Positions 11,269-22,122 of a stretch of DNA of 42,899 nt are shown in pieces. The notes below the pieces were generated by a model that did not search any database, was not told the origin of the DNA, and worked only from the letters and a program-made list of their open reading frames with translations. Source of the DNA: Chrysochromulina tobinii (Eukaryota); the NCBI GenBank assembly GCA_001275005.1, contig JWZX01002628.1, positions 1-42,899 on the forward strand. The letters run 5' to 3'. The translations under genes and the position numbers were made by a program. Every line of letters starts with the position of its first letter. Position 1 is the stretch's first letter.

Positions 11269-13845
11269 ATGCGGTGCGTTCGTCGTGGCACCGACAGCTT
11301 TCCGCAGCCGCTCTACGGAGAGGAGACTCCGCCTACGCCGATCACCGCCGACGAAAAGTATGCAAAGCGTGCAGGCCACGAATTGCACGCGATTCCATCG
11401 ATGTGCGACAGTGGAACGATGGATCCGACGAGTGCTGACACGCGCACGATGGCGTTGCTGCTCGGTGCCGGCTTTTTGACGCGCTTTTATGGCCTGAACT
11501 GGCCACCGCAGGTGGTCTTTGACGAGGTCCATTTCGGCAAATTTATTAGTGGCTACATCACGGGCCGGTACTTTTTCGACATCCACCCACCCCTCGGCAA
11601 GCTGCTCATTGCGGCGGTCGCCTGGTGGTCGGGGTACGACGGCACACAGCCCTTTGAGACGATTGGCGAGCACTACCACCCGCATGTCGACATCTTCATG
11701 CTGCGTGCGCTGCCGGCAACCTTCGGAGCCGCGCTGCCGCCGCTCATGTACGCCCTGGCGCGGGAGCTCGGCTGCTCGCGCACCGCTGCGACGCTTGTGG
11801 GCGGCCTGGTGCTGCTCGACGGTGCGATGCTCGTCGAGTCGCGTCTCCTGCTCACCGATAGCTCCCTCTTCTTTTGGGATTCTCTGCAGCTCCTGACAGC
11901 CCTCCGAGCTTCAGCGGCACCGCGCGGCACCGCAGCGTTTCACGCGCAGCTCGCGCTGACGGGACTTGCAATCGGCGCGGCAGTGTCGACGAAATGGACC
12001 GCGCTTGCCAACATGGGCGTCGTTGGCCTCGATTCGATCCACTCCCTTCTCAAGACCATGCATGCATCCGTCCACCGGCTGCAAGGGCAGCCACAGCAGC
12101 CACAGCCGTCACAGCCGCCACAGCCGCCACAGCCGCCACAGCCGCCACAGCCGCCACAGCCGCCACAGCAGCGGCACGAGCTCCCACATTCACAGCAACA
12201 ACATTCACAGCAATGGCACGATTGGTCGCCGCCCTCGTCGCCGCCGCTGACGTCGCCGCCTCAGCAGCGGGTGGCAACCAACGGCCCTATGGCAACCAAC
12301 GACCCCAATATGGCAACCAACGACCCAAATATGGCAGCCAACGACCTCGAGGCCCACAACCCGGAGGCTATCAGAGGGCGGCGCAGCCCGGAGCTCGTCC
12401 GCGACGGTAGTAGTTTGGTGGCAGTTGCCTGGGCGAACGGGCGTGGCGGCGGCTGCTCGCGCGTGCCTGCGGTGCTGCACCGACGCGTGCTACAAGCGAC
12501 CCCTCCGCGCCTGGGTGCTCTGATGGTAGCGCTGCAGCCAGTAGCATCCGAGTTTGGTGCTCGCTTTGTGTGGCTGTTGCTGCTGCCCTCGGCGGTCTAC
12601 CTCACTTGCATGGCGTTACACATTAAGCTGCTACCGTACGTGGGCCGCGGCGATAACTTCCACGATCGGCACTTTCGCTGCCGGCTGCTCCTTCTGCCCC
12701 GCGCCGGTGCCGGCGCCGCCGCCGAGACGCAGAGTCTACTCGCAGTGCCGCCGCCTGGGTGCGTCGCCGTAGGCTGCGACGCGTGTGCCGAAGTGACGCC
12801 TCTCAGCCTATGGCAGGCGATTATCTCTCTGAACAAACTCATGTTCACGGCGAATGCGAACATCAAGAGATCGCACGCCTTTGGCTCAGGCTGGAGGATG
12901 TGGCCACTGGCCTCCAAACCTGTGTTTTATTGGACGCTCAACACGCCGCACTTTTCGAGGCTCCGCTGGTGCCGCATCTACATGGCCGCCAACCCACTTG
13001 TCTGGTACGTGGGGCTCTTCCTGATGACCTCTGATGACCTCTGATGACCTCTGATGACCTCTGATGACCTCTGATGACCTCTGATCGCCTCCCTCATCAG
13101 GTACGTGGGGCTCGCGGGGATCGTGCTGCTGGCGCTCGTGCTCGCTTTCCTTGGAGCTCGCGGCCTCCTCCGCTCCGCCTATAGATGGGTACGCTGGAAG
13201 GACTCACGATCACGAGACAGGGCGCTCTCTGTCCTCCCACTGGCAGCGGCTGCGGCCAGCCATGCCGGTGCTCAGCACGGCGCTATCACGGGACCACGTC
13301 TGAGGAGAATCTCGGAGGAGAGTGACGAAACACATCTGAGGAGAATCTCGGAGGAGAAAGACGGAGGCCATCCGGAGCTCGGCCAGCGAGGATCTATCGA
13401 GGCTACTGTGGTGACGGCACCCTCATTGGCCTCGCCGTCGTGGCCGGCGTCAACGGCTCCAACGGCTCCAACGGCTCCAACGGCTCCAACGGCTCCTAGT
13501 CCTCTTGAAGTGCAGCTGCGCCACGGCTGGTTGCTGTTGGCCGGCCACGCCCTCGCGTGGCTGCCCTTTGCCGCCGTCGACCGCGTCGCCTTTCTGTACC
13601 ATTACATCCCCGCTCTGCTCTTCTCTCTACTGGCCGCCGGTCTCGTCTTCGATGTGCTCACGCAGCGAGCAGCCGCCTTCGCCCTTCCGCGAGGCTTCAC
13701 GGGGCGCGACCTCGCCGCTGCGCTGCTCCTCACACTTGCCCTCGCCAGCTTTCTTTATTTTATGCCCCTCTACCTTGGCTGGCCAATCGAACCGGGCGAT
13801 GGCGTCCACCGCATGCGTCGTCTAGATGTGTGGAGCGAGTCGTAG
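11269..13845 (+). CDS. PMT: Dolichyl-phosphate-mannose:protein O-mannosyltransferase (PMT/GT39); exons 11269-13004 and 13101-13845
   Basis: Motifs VVFDEVHFGKF, YFFDIHPPLGKLLI, ESRLLLTDS, VSTKWTAL, HAFGSGWRMWPL, IYMAANPLVWY and RVAFLYHYIPAL. Removing GT..AG 13005-13100 fuses the two ORFs in frame (..NPLVW|YVGLAG..). Confidence 0.92.
13005..13100 (+). mobile_element. Introner-like 96-nt intron: exon-copy 5' end, (CTGATGACCT)6 array, CCTCCCTCATCAG end
   Basis: GTACGTGGGGCTC at 13005 recurs at 13101. Six perfect decamers at 13021-13080. An in-frame stop means it must be spliced out. Confidence 0.8.
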
Positions 13846-14002
13846 CGCTTCAAAGCAGGTTGTCTCGCGATAGGCCTACTGGACTTCCACACGAATTTCA
13901 CCTGTTGACGAAACTCCAAATGCCTAATTCGTCGAGGACGCGACTTCCGAAATCCGATTTCGTTCAAAAGATTTCGTCGATCGTGTGCACTCCTTGATCA
14001 GA

Positions 14003-14811
14003 ATGATGCTCTTTGCTCCACTGCTCGTCATCGCGATGACTTTGCCGAGGACAGTCTACCTCTGCTACCCAGGCGGCATCATTTCTCCCGCGCCGCCCGC
14101 GCCCGCAAAGGCGATGAGCAAGGCTGTGCTCGAGGTCTTTGGCTGTGCTGAGCCGCAGTCCGTGCGCATCCAGCGCGACCTCACCGATCGATGGCGCTCA
14201 CAGTACGAGCAGCAGCGATACAGCTTCGCGTCAACAACCGTGTACCATCGCCGTGCGCCAGCCGCAAAAATGAATCAAGTTCCCAGCCGCACGCGCGAAA
14301 GCGGGGATTACATCCTCGACGGCGTTCTCGAGTGCATCCTCGGGGCAACATCGGAGGATGCTATCCAGGTGAGCTTGTCCAGGCCGCATTCGCGTGGCGC
14401 GGACGTCTGATTTCGTACGCAGTACTAAATACCTACCTCGTTTGCCTCCCATTCCAGACGTGCGTCCTGGCGGCCGACGAAGTTCTGGATGACTTGGAGC
14501 TCGAGGAGGTTGAGAGCCCGCTGTCAGCGCTCGTAAAGCTGCAGTGCCGCCTTCAATGCAAGCACGACGTGTTGGCGGCGCTGAATGCTCAGCTCGTCGA
14601 ACGGCAAAACGTGATTTTCTTTGGACCGGCGATGGCGCGCCGGCTGGCTCAGGCTCAGGCTCGCCTTGTGCAGCGCGCTCGGTCGCTCGGGGCGGAAGGC
14701 GAGAGCTACATTCTCCGCACCTACGTGCGTACATTTGCGACAATCCAGACGGAAATCTTGAGAAGGCGAGCAGCGTTTGCACGTGCAACGAAGATAGGAG
14801 ACTCTGTTTGA
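14003..14811 (+). CDS. Hypothetical protein with signal-peptide-like N-terminus; exons 14003-14368 and 14458-14811
   Basis: CAG|GTGAGC donor at 14369 and TTCCAG acceptor at 14457 join ORFs 13985 and 14191 in frame (EDAIQ|TCVLAAD). Leader MMLFAPLLVIA. Confidence 0.65.
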
Positions 14812-15231
14812 ATTTGGTTTGAATACTTGTGTGTGCATGGTGTTCTTGGGTGCTCGGCTGGCGCGTCAGCAGTCAAGATCAGGGGGCACGATGTCCGGAC
14901 CGGACCATGGACTATCGAGTATCGTGCATGGTGCAGGCGGACAGGATGAGTCATCAAATCGGCGCGTGCGCCAGGTCGCCCTCGCACAGCCGCGTGCGCA
15001 CGTCGCCCTCCGCGTCCGACGGCAGCAGACGGCCGATGAGCACGCCTCCAGGCCTCGTGCACCCTCGCTTCCTTGTCTGAGGTCGCCAACATGTCGCCAA
15101 GGGGAGAGGTTCCATGCAATCAAAACAGCCCCGCAGGGCTACCGGTAATCACAGTCCACACCTCGAGACCTCGACACATCCTCACGTTCACGTTCACGGT
15201 AGTTTCCTCGAACTGTCTATACACACCGGTG

Positions 15232-15852
15232 ATGCTCGTGTCGTTTAGGGCGCGGGTGTCGGGCAAGCATGAGCTTATCGCGCAGCAGCGCGCCGCCGTC
15301 AGGATGTCAGATGCATTCTGCTACGGTCTTCCTGGAGCAATTGCACCCCTTGGCCAGTGGGATCCAGCGAAATTACTTGAGGACAGACCCGAATCGGAGG
15401 TGTTCCGTTGGCGAGAGTCTGAACTGCAGCACGGACGCATTGCGATGATGGCGTCTGTCGGATTTCTGGTGAAGGAAATCTTCCATCCGCTCGGCGAAAA
15501 TCTCCCGGTGATGGAACAGATCCGACATCTACCGGATATGCTTCTGTTCGCCATACCGACGGTCGTTGGCTTCGCTGAGACGGCGAGAAGCCAGAGGTGG
15601 ACTGGCAACGAGGTGATTCGGAACGTGATCCCGCGGACCCGAGAACAGTACCTGGGCTACGTGCCGGGTGAGATTGGGTACTACCCGGGCGATCTCGCGT
15701 TCGACCCACTCCGATTGGCTCCCGAGGACTTAACGGAGTTCCGTGACATGCAGGAGAAGGAACTGGCGCACTGCCGATTGGCGATGCTCGCTGCCGCAGG
15801 CTTTGTGGCGCAGGAAGCGGTCACGGGCGTGACATGGAGTGTATGGTTCTGA
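15232..15852 (+). CDS. Light-harvesting chlorophyll a/c-binding (LHC/FCP) protein, possibly LHCX/LI818-related
   Basis: GLPGAIAPLGQWDP, helix 1 RESELQHGRIAMMASVGFLVKEIFHPL, YYPGDLAFDPLRL and helix 3 EKELAHCRLAMLAAAGFVAQE. ATG at 15232 is the likely start. Confidence 0.93.
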   Translation: MLVSFRARVSGKHELIAQQRAAVRMSDAFCYGLPGAIAPLGQWDPAKLLEDRPESEVFRWRESELQHGRIAMMASVGFLVKEIFHPLGENLPVMEQIRHLPDMLLFAIPTVVGFAETARSQRWTGNEVIRNVIPRTREQYLGYVPGEIGYYPGDLAFDPLRLAPEDLTEFRDMQEKELAHCRLAMLAAAGFVAQEAVTGVTWSVWF

Positions 15853-16253
15853 CATGGCAGCTGGATAGTGCTCGAGTGTAGAGTTATCGACGGTACTTTG
15901 GTCAGTACGTTTCAAGTTATTACGTCGACGTCCTGTCGCCCCGTCTCGCGTCCGCGCAACCGTGAACGGGAACTGCGCCCAAAAAGGCGCGCCTCCGTCG
16001 GCTCGCGGGACGCGGCGGCTCTCGGTCACGTCTCGCTCTCGACGAGGCGAAAGGGCGCCGCGCGACCGCGCCGTCCGCCGAGCGCGCGCTGCACACGCAG
16101 CGGTGTGGTCCCACGCAGCATCGTTTTCATGGTGCCGTTCTACGATGCGCCCCTTAGAGCTCAGTTGCCACTTCATGAGTGCCCGCCGCGGCCAGAGTGC
16201 TGGGCCAATCAGCAACCTCTGAGCTGCCCATAGTCCGTCTGTCAGGCCGTCTC

Positions 16254-18167
16254 TCAACTCTTCTTAACGACCGTGCCGATGATGCCACCTCGCTTCCCTG
16301 GCGCACTCATAGCGGCGGCCACCCGCTGTCGCTCACGCTCCAGAAAGTTGTTTGGGTCGGCAGCGGCAGCAGCACTCATAGCGGCGGCCACCCGCTGTCG
16401 CTCACGCTCCAGAAAGTTGTCTGGGTCGGCAGCGGCAGCAGCGGGCATCGTGGCGGGCGTGTGCGCTGCCGACGGTTCCGAGGCTGCGTTGGGCGCCATA
16501 TTGAGCGCCACCATCTGGGCATCCTCCTTGGGCACCGCCATGGGCGCCGTATTGGGCACCGCCTTGGGCTCCTGTGCCTTTATCTTCTTCGCAGCGGAGC
16601 TCAGCCGAGCGGGTGAGCCAAGCCGCGGAGAGATGTACGCAGCCATCGCTTTCCCTCGATTCAGCATCTTGCCAACGGTAGAAGGGGATGCGTCTGCCGA
16701 TGCTGGCGTGGCCGCCGCAGCCGCAGCCGCCGCAGCCAGTGTCGCGTTCGGGCTGGCCGCCTCCGGCTGGTACGCGAGTGGGGTGCGACCGGCGTAGGGG
16801 GACTTGCTGCCGGGCGTGAGGTGCGGCGAGCCGAGTGGCATCGCCAGGATCTGCGCGGCGTAGTCGTAGTGTTGTGATTCGAGGTGCGGCTCGGCTTTGG
16901 TGGGCGACGGTACGCGCACTTTTCGGTTGGTCGCGATCTCGTTGGGTGGCGACAAATTGGGGTAGAATGGGATGGCCGCCTTGATCTGCAGATGAAGACC
17001 ACCGAGAACACCCTCCTCCAAGTCTGCATCCCGCGCGGCCTCGCGCGCGCGTTGGGCCTTGCGATACTCGTTGACACGCTGCGCCGCCTCGTGCCGAGCT
17101 TGTCGAAATGCTTTCTCGACCATCGCCTGCGCCAAGGCCATACGAGCTATCATCTCGCGCTGTGCTTCGAGATCTGCTTCCTGCTGCTGCTGAAGCATCA
17201 GCAGCTGCGCGGGCGTCATTGTGCCTTGTGCGGCTCGCATCGAATTGCGATGTTGGACTTCCATCGCCTTTGCTTGCGCCGTCGCGGCCGCTGTCTTGGC
17301 ACGCGCCTCGTTGCGCTCACGTTCCCTGTCTTTCATGGGATTGGCCTTCGTGTCCCAAGCCGCTCTTTGGCTCGTGGCTTGAGAGCCGAAGAAGCCGCCG
17401 ATGAAGGCGCTGATGCCGCCGAAAAAGCCGCTGAAGCAAGGGCAGAAGGCGCCGCCACCAGCGCTCTTCAGCTTCGGCGCCTCGCTTTCCCTCAACTGCT
17501 TCTTGCGCTCCTTATCGAGCAACTCTTTGCTGTTCGGCTTCAAGCTGGGCGGGTCGTGGAGCGGAAAGTACCCGTTTATTCTTGGCCAGCACGCGATGAT
17601 GCCGCAGCATGCAAGCAAGATGCTGAGGGCTGCGATGGCGATGAGCGGCACCATGCCAGGATGCTCATCGAGGAACGACTTCACCGGAGTGCGGTCATAC
17701 AGTGCGTCAGCACGCGCCAATATCTCGCTCGCCGCACCGGCCACAGGGATCTTCTCGGTGAGTGAATCCCGCGCCTCATCCAAATCCAAGTTTTCAGCAG
17801 TGGCCTTTGCATTGGCTGCCACCTCGGCTGCTGCTGCCGCCGCCGCCTTGGCTGCTGCCGACGCCTTCTCGGCAGCCGCCTTGGCCGAATCCATGGCGTC
17901 GGAAGCGGTCACGACCCACAGCGGTGGCGGCAGCGACGGTGGCGGCGACGGTGACTCCAACGGCGGTGGCGGTGGCGGCGGCGGCGGTGGCGGTGGTGGC
18001 GAGAGTGGCAACGGCGAGGGTGGAGGCGGTGGCGGCGGTGGCGGCGGTGGCGGCGGTGGCGGCGGTGGAGGCGGCGCTGGCGATAGCAGGGAGGTGATCT
18101 CCTCCTCTGCCTGCTCAGATGCCATCCCAAGGCTCAAGAGGAGTAGTAAGGTGACGATAACGCGCAT
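16254..18167 (-). CDS. Signal-peptide, proline-rich, single-TM membrane protein with a coiled-coil cytoplasmic region
   Basis: MRVIVTLLLLLSLGMAS leader, poly-Pro tract, TM segment MVPLIAIAALSILLACCGIIACW; GC3 bias. Confidence 0.7.
   Translation of the reverse strand: MRVIVTLLLLLSLGMASEQAEEEITSLLSPAPPPPPPPPPPPPPPPPPPPSPLPLSPPPPPPPPPPPPPLESPSPPPSLPPPLWVVTASDAMDSAKAAAEKASAAAKAAAAAAAEVAANAKATAENLDLDEARDSLTEKIPVAGAASEILARADALYDRTPVKSFLDEHPGMVPLIAIAALSILLACCGIIACWPRINGYFPLHDPPSLKPNSKELLDKERKKQLRESEAPKLKSAGGGAFCPCFSGFFGGISAFIGGFFGSQATSQRAAWDTKANPMKDRERERNEARAKTAAATAQAKAMEVQHRNSMRAAQGTMTPAQLLMLQQQQEADLEAQREMIARMALAQAMVEKAFRQARHEAAQRVNEYRKAQRAREAARDADLEEGVLGGLHLQIKAAIPFYPNLSPPNEIATNRKVRVPSPTKAEPHLESQHYDYAAQILAMPLGSPHLTPGSKSPYAGRTPLAYQPEAASPNATLAAAAAAAAATPASADASPSTVGKMLNRGKAMAAYISPRLGSPARLSSAAKKIKAQEPKAVPNTAPMAVPKEDAQMVALNMAPNAASEPSAAHTPATMPAAAAADPDNFLERERQRVAAAMSAAAAADPNNFLERERQRVAAAMSAPGKRGGIIGTVVKKS
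16303..16440. repeat. 69-bp in-frame tandem duplication (2 copies)
   Basis: GCACTCATAGCGGCGGCC... starts at 16303 and again at 16372; encodes AAADP(D/N)NFLERERQRVAAAMS twice. Confidence 0.9.
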
Positions 18168-18456
18168 CCCTTCCGTTGACGATGGCGAGCTTGAACAGGG
18201 CGCGTCGGCCGCCTTCGAGAGGACGCTCGTGCCAAAGTTCAAATCCAATTCGGACTTTCCCGAAAAGGAAGATGAATGAATTCATCCCGGATCACTTAAG
18301 ACTGGAATTGCGACTGCACGCTACATGACGCTACGACTGGTGGCGGCGCGCAGCGTGGGCGCGTTCGGTACCTCGACTCCCCTCCCATCGATTCCGGCGA
18401 GAAGCGTCGCGCTGTCCATGGTGCTGTCGGTGCTGGACGGTGTGGTCGGTGCTGTC

Positions 18457-19797
18457 TCAACATCCCGAGCTCTCGTCATCGTCGGATTCTAGCTCGGACA
18501 CGCCGCCGCCACCACCACCTCCTTCGACGGCTGCGGCAGAAGCTAGCGCGGGAGGAGGCAGAGCTTTGGTCTTCGGGCCAGCTCCCTCGGCCCCAGCGAC
18601 GGCTGAGCTGCAAATCTCGGCGCCTGTTCGTAACCACTCGCCCATGGCTTTCTGCCACTTCTCGACGGCCAGGCGTGCCACCCGGTCGGCTTCGCTCTCC
18701 GCTCCGCCTACCCTGGCGGTCTGGTATCGGGTGGGGGGGGAGCCTTCAGGGGGGGGCGAGCCTGCCCGGGCGGTCTGGGTACCCACCGAGGAGGACGAGG
18801 CTGCCGCCGTGCCCGCCGGCAAGGGCGTCGTCGTGGGCGGGGTACCCACCGAGGAGGACAAGGCTGCCGCCGCGCCCGAGGCGGCGCCTGTGGCGCACGG
18901 TGCGCCACCTGGGTCGGCGCCCACGACGGCGCCCACGTCGGCGGGCGAGGCGGGCGCGGCGGAGGCGGTGGAGGCGGTGGAGGCGGTGGAGGCGCTCGCG
19001 CCCATGACGGAGGTGACGAGCTCACGCAGCGCCACAATCTGCGACTCGAGATCGCCTTGGCGGGTGCGCATCCGATCATTCTCAACGCCGAGGGCGTCGA
19101 CGGAGCGTCGCAAGCGCACGACCTGCTCATCCGAGGTCTGCACTGTCTTGAGCAAGCCCTCCTTCTCGCGCTCGAGCAGGAAGAGGCGCTTCTGGTTGAC
19201 CGAGAGCTGCTCCTTGAGCCCCTTGACCGCCTTTTCCCACTTCCCTTCAGCGGTCTCCTGGGCAAGCCGTACCTCATCTGCGACGATCTGGAAGTTCATC
19301 GACGACGAGAGCATGTCGGCGCGCACCTCCTCGAAGCGCTTCTCGAAGTGCTTTGCGTACGCCTTGTCGAGCGCACTCAGGATGTGCAGCAGCACGCGCT
19401 CCTCGTCGTCGCCGGCCGAGCTAATGCGGTACACGAGGCGTGAGCGCCCCTCGAGAGGCAGTGCTGGCGTTGTGCAGGTAAAGTTGAGCTTCTCCGCATC
19501 GAAGCGCATCGGGAAGCGCGTCAGGAAGGCGTCGCGCAGCAGTTCCTGCCCGATGTCGTCAGCGGTACGCCAGGCCGTATGGCGTGGCAGTGAGAAGGTG
19601 ATCTTTGGGGTCACCAACACGGTCAGATAGCCATCGGTCTCGGGCGGTGGTGGTGCTGGTGGCAGTGATGGCTGCGCGGCGGGTTGCTGCGACGGTGGCG
19701 ATCGGGTCACCGCCGTCTCGCTCGCCTTATTACTGCGCTCGTGGTGCAGCATCAGTTTTGCTCCGCAAGTGATCAGCAGCGCCTTCCTCGGCGCCAA
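18457..19797 (-). CDS. Hypothetical coiled-coil protein
   Basis: 446-aa ORF with strong GC3 bias and a heptad-rich centre (LKEQLSVNQKRLFLLEREKEGLL...). The start may be the ATG at 19752. Confidence 0.65.
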   Translation of the reverse strand: MAPRKALLITCGAKLMLHHERSNKASETAVTRSPPSQQPAAQPSLPPAPPPPETDGYLTVLVTPKITFSLPRHTAWRTADDIGQELLRDAFLTRFPMRFDAEKLNFTCTTPALPLEGRSRLVYRISSAGDDEERVLLHILSALDKAYAKHFEKRFEEVRADMLSSSMNFQIVADEVRLAQETAEGKWEKAVKGLKEQLSVNQKRLFLLEREKEGLLKTVQTSDEQVVRLRRSVDALGVENDRMRTRQGDLESQIVALRELVTSVMGASASTASTASTASAAPASPADVGAVVGADPGGAPCATGAASGAAAALSSSVGTPPTTTPLPAGTAAASSSSVGTQTARAGSPPPEGSPPTRYQTARVGGAESEADRVARLAVEKWQKAMGEWLRTGAEICSSAVAGAEGAGPKTKALPPPALASAAAVEGGGGGGGVSELESDDDESSGC

Positions 19798-20100
19798 GAC
19801 CGGCGAGAACGCGCGGCGAGCGTCACGGCCAGTTTCACGGCCCCTCGGCCTCGCGACGTGTGAAGGTTAAGTCAAGTCAAGTCAAGTCTCGGCTTGTGTA
19901 GGACTCGGCTGACGGCGTGAAGACATGTGAAGACAACTTAAACACTCACTCACTCACCCACTCGTCACTCACTCACTCACACCGCGGGAAACCGCAAAAG
20001 TAAGTAGAGTCTCATCGCATCGCCCGCGACCATGTTGCATGTACGACAGCTTTGCCTCTCCCTCAGTTACCCTCGGTCACCCTCTGACATGTCCACCGCT

Positions 20101-20206
20101 TGGGGCCCATTTCAACGGCTGGCGTTCCTCAACTCAGCGAGCACGGCTTCTTCCCATCCAATGCCGACACGCCTTCAGCAACCAAACGATCATGCAACTG
20201 TTCCGC
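20101..20206. repeat. Diverged direct repeat, copy 1 (partner at 22175-22280)
   Basis: Shared blocks ATTTCAACG, AGCACG, CATCCAA, CGCCTTCAGCAACCAAACG and GCAACTGTTCCGC occur in the same order in both copies. Confidence 0.75.
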
Positions 20207-20360
20207 GGCCCGCCGCTCCGCGCGCCTCCTTGCACGCTTGCTGCTTGAGCCGCGCCTCTCGTCCTCTGAGCGACTCGATGATTCTCCCTCCTTGTCCTCC
20301 TCCTCCGATTCATCAGTAGGTGGACCAGCGAAGTCACCTGGGTTCGGGAGAGGATTCGGG

Positions 20361-21941
20361 TCAATCATCCTCCTCCTCCTCGGAGTCTGCAGCAGGTGCA
20401 CCTCGTGAGTTCGCCACGACGGCGCGCGCCGCTTGCTGGCCAGTCTGGAAGGCGCCGTGGACAGTCCCTCTGTATGCCGCCGACGTGTGCTCGCCTGCAA
20501 AGAAGAGTCTCCCTTCCACAGCGCTTCCGAACGCAGCCGAGATGGTGTCTTTGGACGTACCTACGGCGCAGTACGTGTACGCGCCCTTGGCATGAGGATC
20601 GGCGCGCCATTCCGAGCGAATCATATGAGGCATCTCCTCCGGGACCGTTACGTCATCATTCGAGTCGAAGATCGTCATTAGGTTCGTCCGGATCGCCTCC
20701 CAAACGGCGGCGTCGCTCATCTTCTCTGCCATATCAGCCGCCGAGCCCAATGCAAACGTCATGAGCACAGGTTTGTCCGACAGCGCATGCACGTTGAGGA
20801 AGTAGGTGAAGAGGCCGCGGTCCGGCTCCCCCGCCTGGGCGAGGCCGTAATAGTGCGTGCCTTCCGGCCACCAGACCGTTGGAAACAGGAGGGCGACTTT
20901 GACGACATTGCCGAAACCGAGCGCGCGGATGCCCTCGGCCGTTACACGTGGGAGGTCTGGGCGGAAGGTGACCGCGGAGCGCGGGTCGGAGCTCTTGAGC
21001 ACTCCGAGGGGGATCGTGATGATCGCGTAATCCGCCTGGTACACGAGGCCGTCGTCTGCGTTCGTGAGCTTCACACCCGACTCGTCGTACGCGACCTCAC
21101 GGATGCGCTTGCCGTACTGGACCGCGAGGGGCTTCCGGCTACCAGGCGCCACCGCGGTCACCTTGACTTTGTTTGAGCCGTCGTTGAGCTTGACGGCGCC
21201 GCTCTGCAGGGCCTCGTACATTGTCTTGTAGCCCTTTGCCCAGACGACCTCGCTACCCTCGTACTCCTCGTCATCAAACCCAGACCAGGCGGACAGCTGG
21301 CTGGCTGGGCCAGCGGTGTTGAACTCGGCGCCGGTGGCGAGGTGGTACTGGAAGAGCGCCGAGTCGCGAGTCTGGCCCGATTCCGACCGGCCCGAGAGCA
21401 TCTGCCAAATCGACTTGTCGGTCTCGGCATCTTCCGCCTTCTCCTGTGCTTGCTCGAGCATCGACTCGTACGCGTCGAACTTGTCATCGTCGGGGGTCTT
21501 GCCGGTGTCGCAGAGGACAACCTCGGACGAGTCATCGTCTGTTTGCACGAGACCGCCGCCCTCAGTCTGGCCCAGGGCCTTCGCGATCTTGGTGATCGGA
21601 TGCTCCGGACAGCTCCCGTGGATCCAGCTCGCACCCATGTCGGTCGGCGCTCCCAGAGCGTCGGCGGCGTTCCAGGCCGCGGGCGCCTCAGACACCAGCG
21701 TCCACGTGCGGCCGCCAATCCGATTCCGTGCTTCGAGCACCGTCAGCTCGAGGGGTCCTCCGTTCTTGGAGCTATCCCAGGTGTCGACTAGCGTGCGTGC
21801 CGCGGCGAGACCTGATGTGCCTGCACCGATGACGACGACTCTGACCGCGCGTGCGCCAGATGCCATCTCACTGGTCGGCACGCTACGAATCGTAGGCTCC
21901 TCCTCGACTGCAGCGGCCGGCTCCGAGGCAGCGCACCCCAT
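20361..21941 (-). CDS. Flavin-containing amine oxidase (polyamine oxidase/LSD1-like catalytic domain)
   Basis: FAD motif VVIGAGTSGLAAA, LEARNRIGGRTWT, DMGASWIHG, ITIPLGVLK, GFGNVVKV, WRADPHAKGAYTY and LFFAGEHT...GTVHGAFQTG. Starts MGCAAS. Confidence 0.93.
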   Translation of the reverse strand: MGCAASEPAAAVEEEPTIRSVPTSEMASGARAVRVVVIGAGTSGLAAARTLVDTWDSSKNGGPLELTVLEARNRIGGRTWTLVSEAPAAWNAADALGAPTDMGASWIHGSCPEHPITKIAKALGQTEGGGLVQTDDDSSEVVLCDTGKTPDDDKFDAYESMLEQAQEKAEDAETDKSIWQMLSGRSESGQTRDSALFQYHLATGAEFNTAGPASQLSAWSGFDDEEYEGSEVVWAKGYKTMYEALQSGAVKLNDGSNKVKVTAVAPGSRKPLAVQYGKRIREVAYDESGVKLTNADDGLVYQADYAIITIPLGVLKSSDPRSAVTFRPDLPRVTAEGIRALGFGNVVKVALLFPTVWWPEGTHYYGLAQAGEPDRGLFTYFLNVHALSDKPVLMTFALGSAADMAEKMSDAAVWEAIRTNLMTIFDSNDDVTVPEEMPHMIRSEWRADPHAKGAYTYCAVGTSKDTISAAFGSAVEGRLFFAGEHTSAAYRGTVHGAFQTGQQAARAVVANSRGAPAADSEEEEDD

Positions 21942-22122
21942 TTTACAAGTCACTGGCCCCGGTTATTTTAATATTAGCACAAGCTTAGATCTATTCGGGT
22001 AATTAATCAGCTGCACTCGCGGAATCGAAAACAATCAGCAACTCAATCAGCATCTAAAAACATTTCCCCCCGCCGGATCGCCACGCCCCCCGCCCGCATG
22101 CAACTTTCGTTGAAAAACTTTC

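Noticed and set aside
13021..13080. Decamer array as a plain microsatellite or as the PMT C-terminus (..LMTSDDL*)
   Set aside because: Conserved PMT motifs continue after 13100, and the GT31 ORF ends with the same SDDL* artefact, showing it is intronic.
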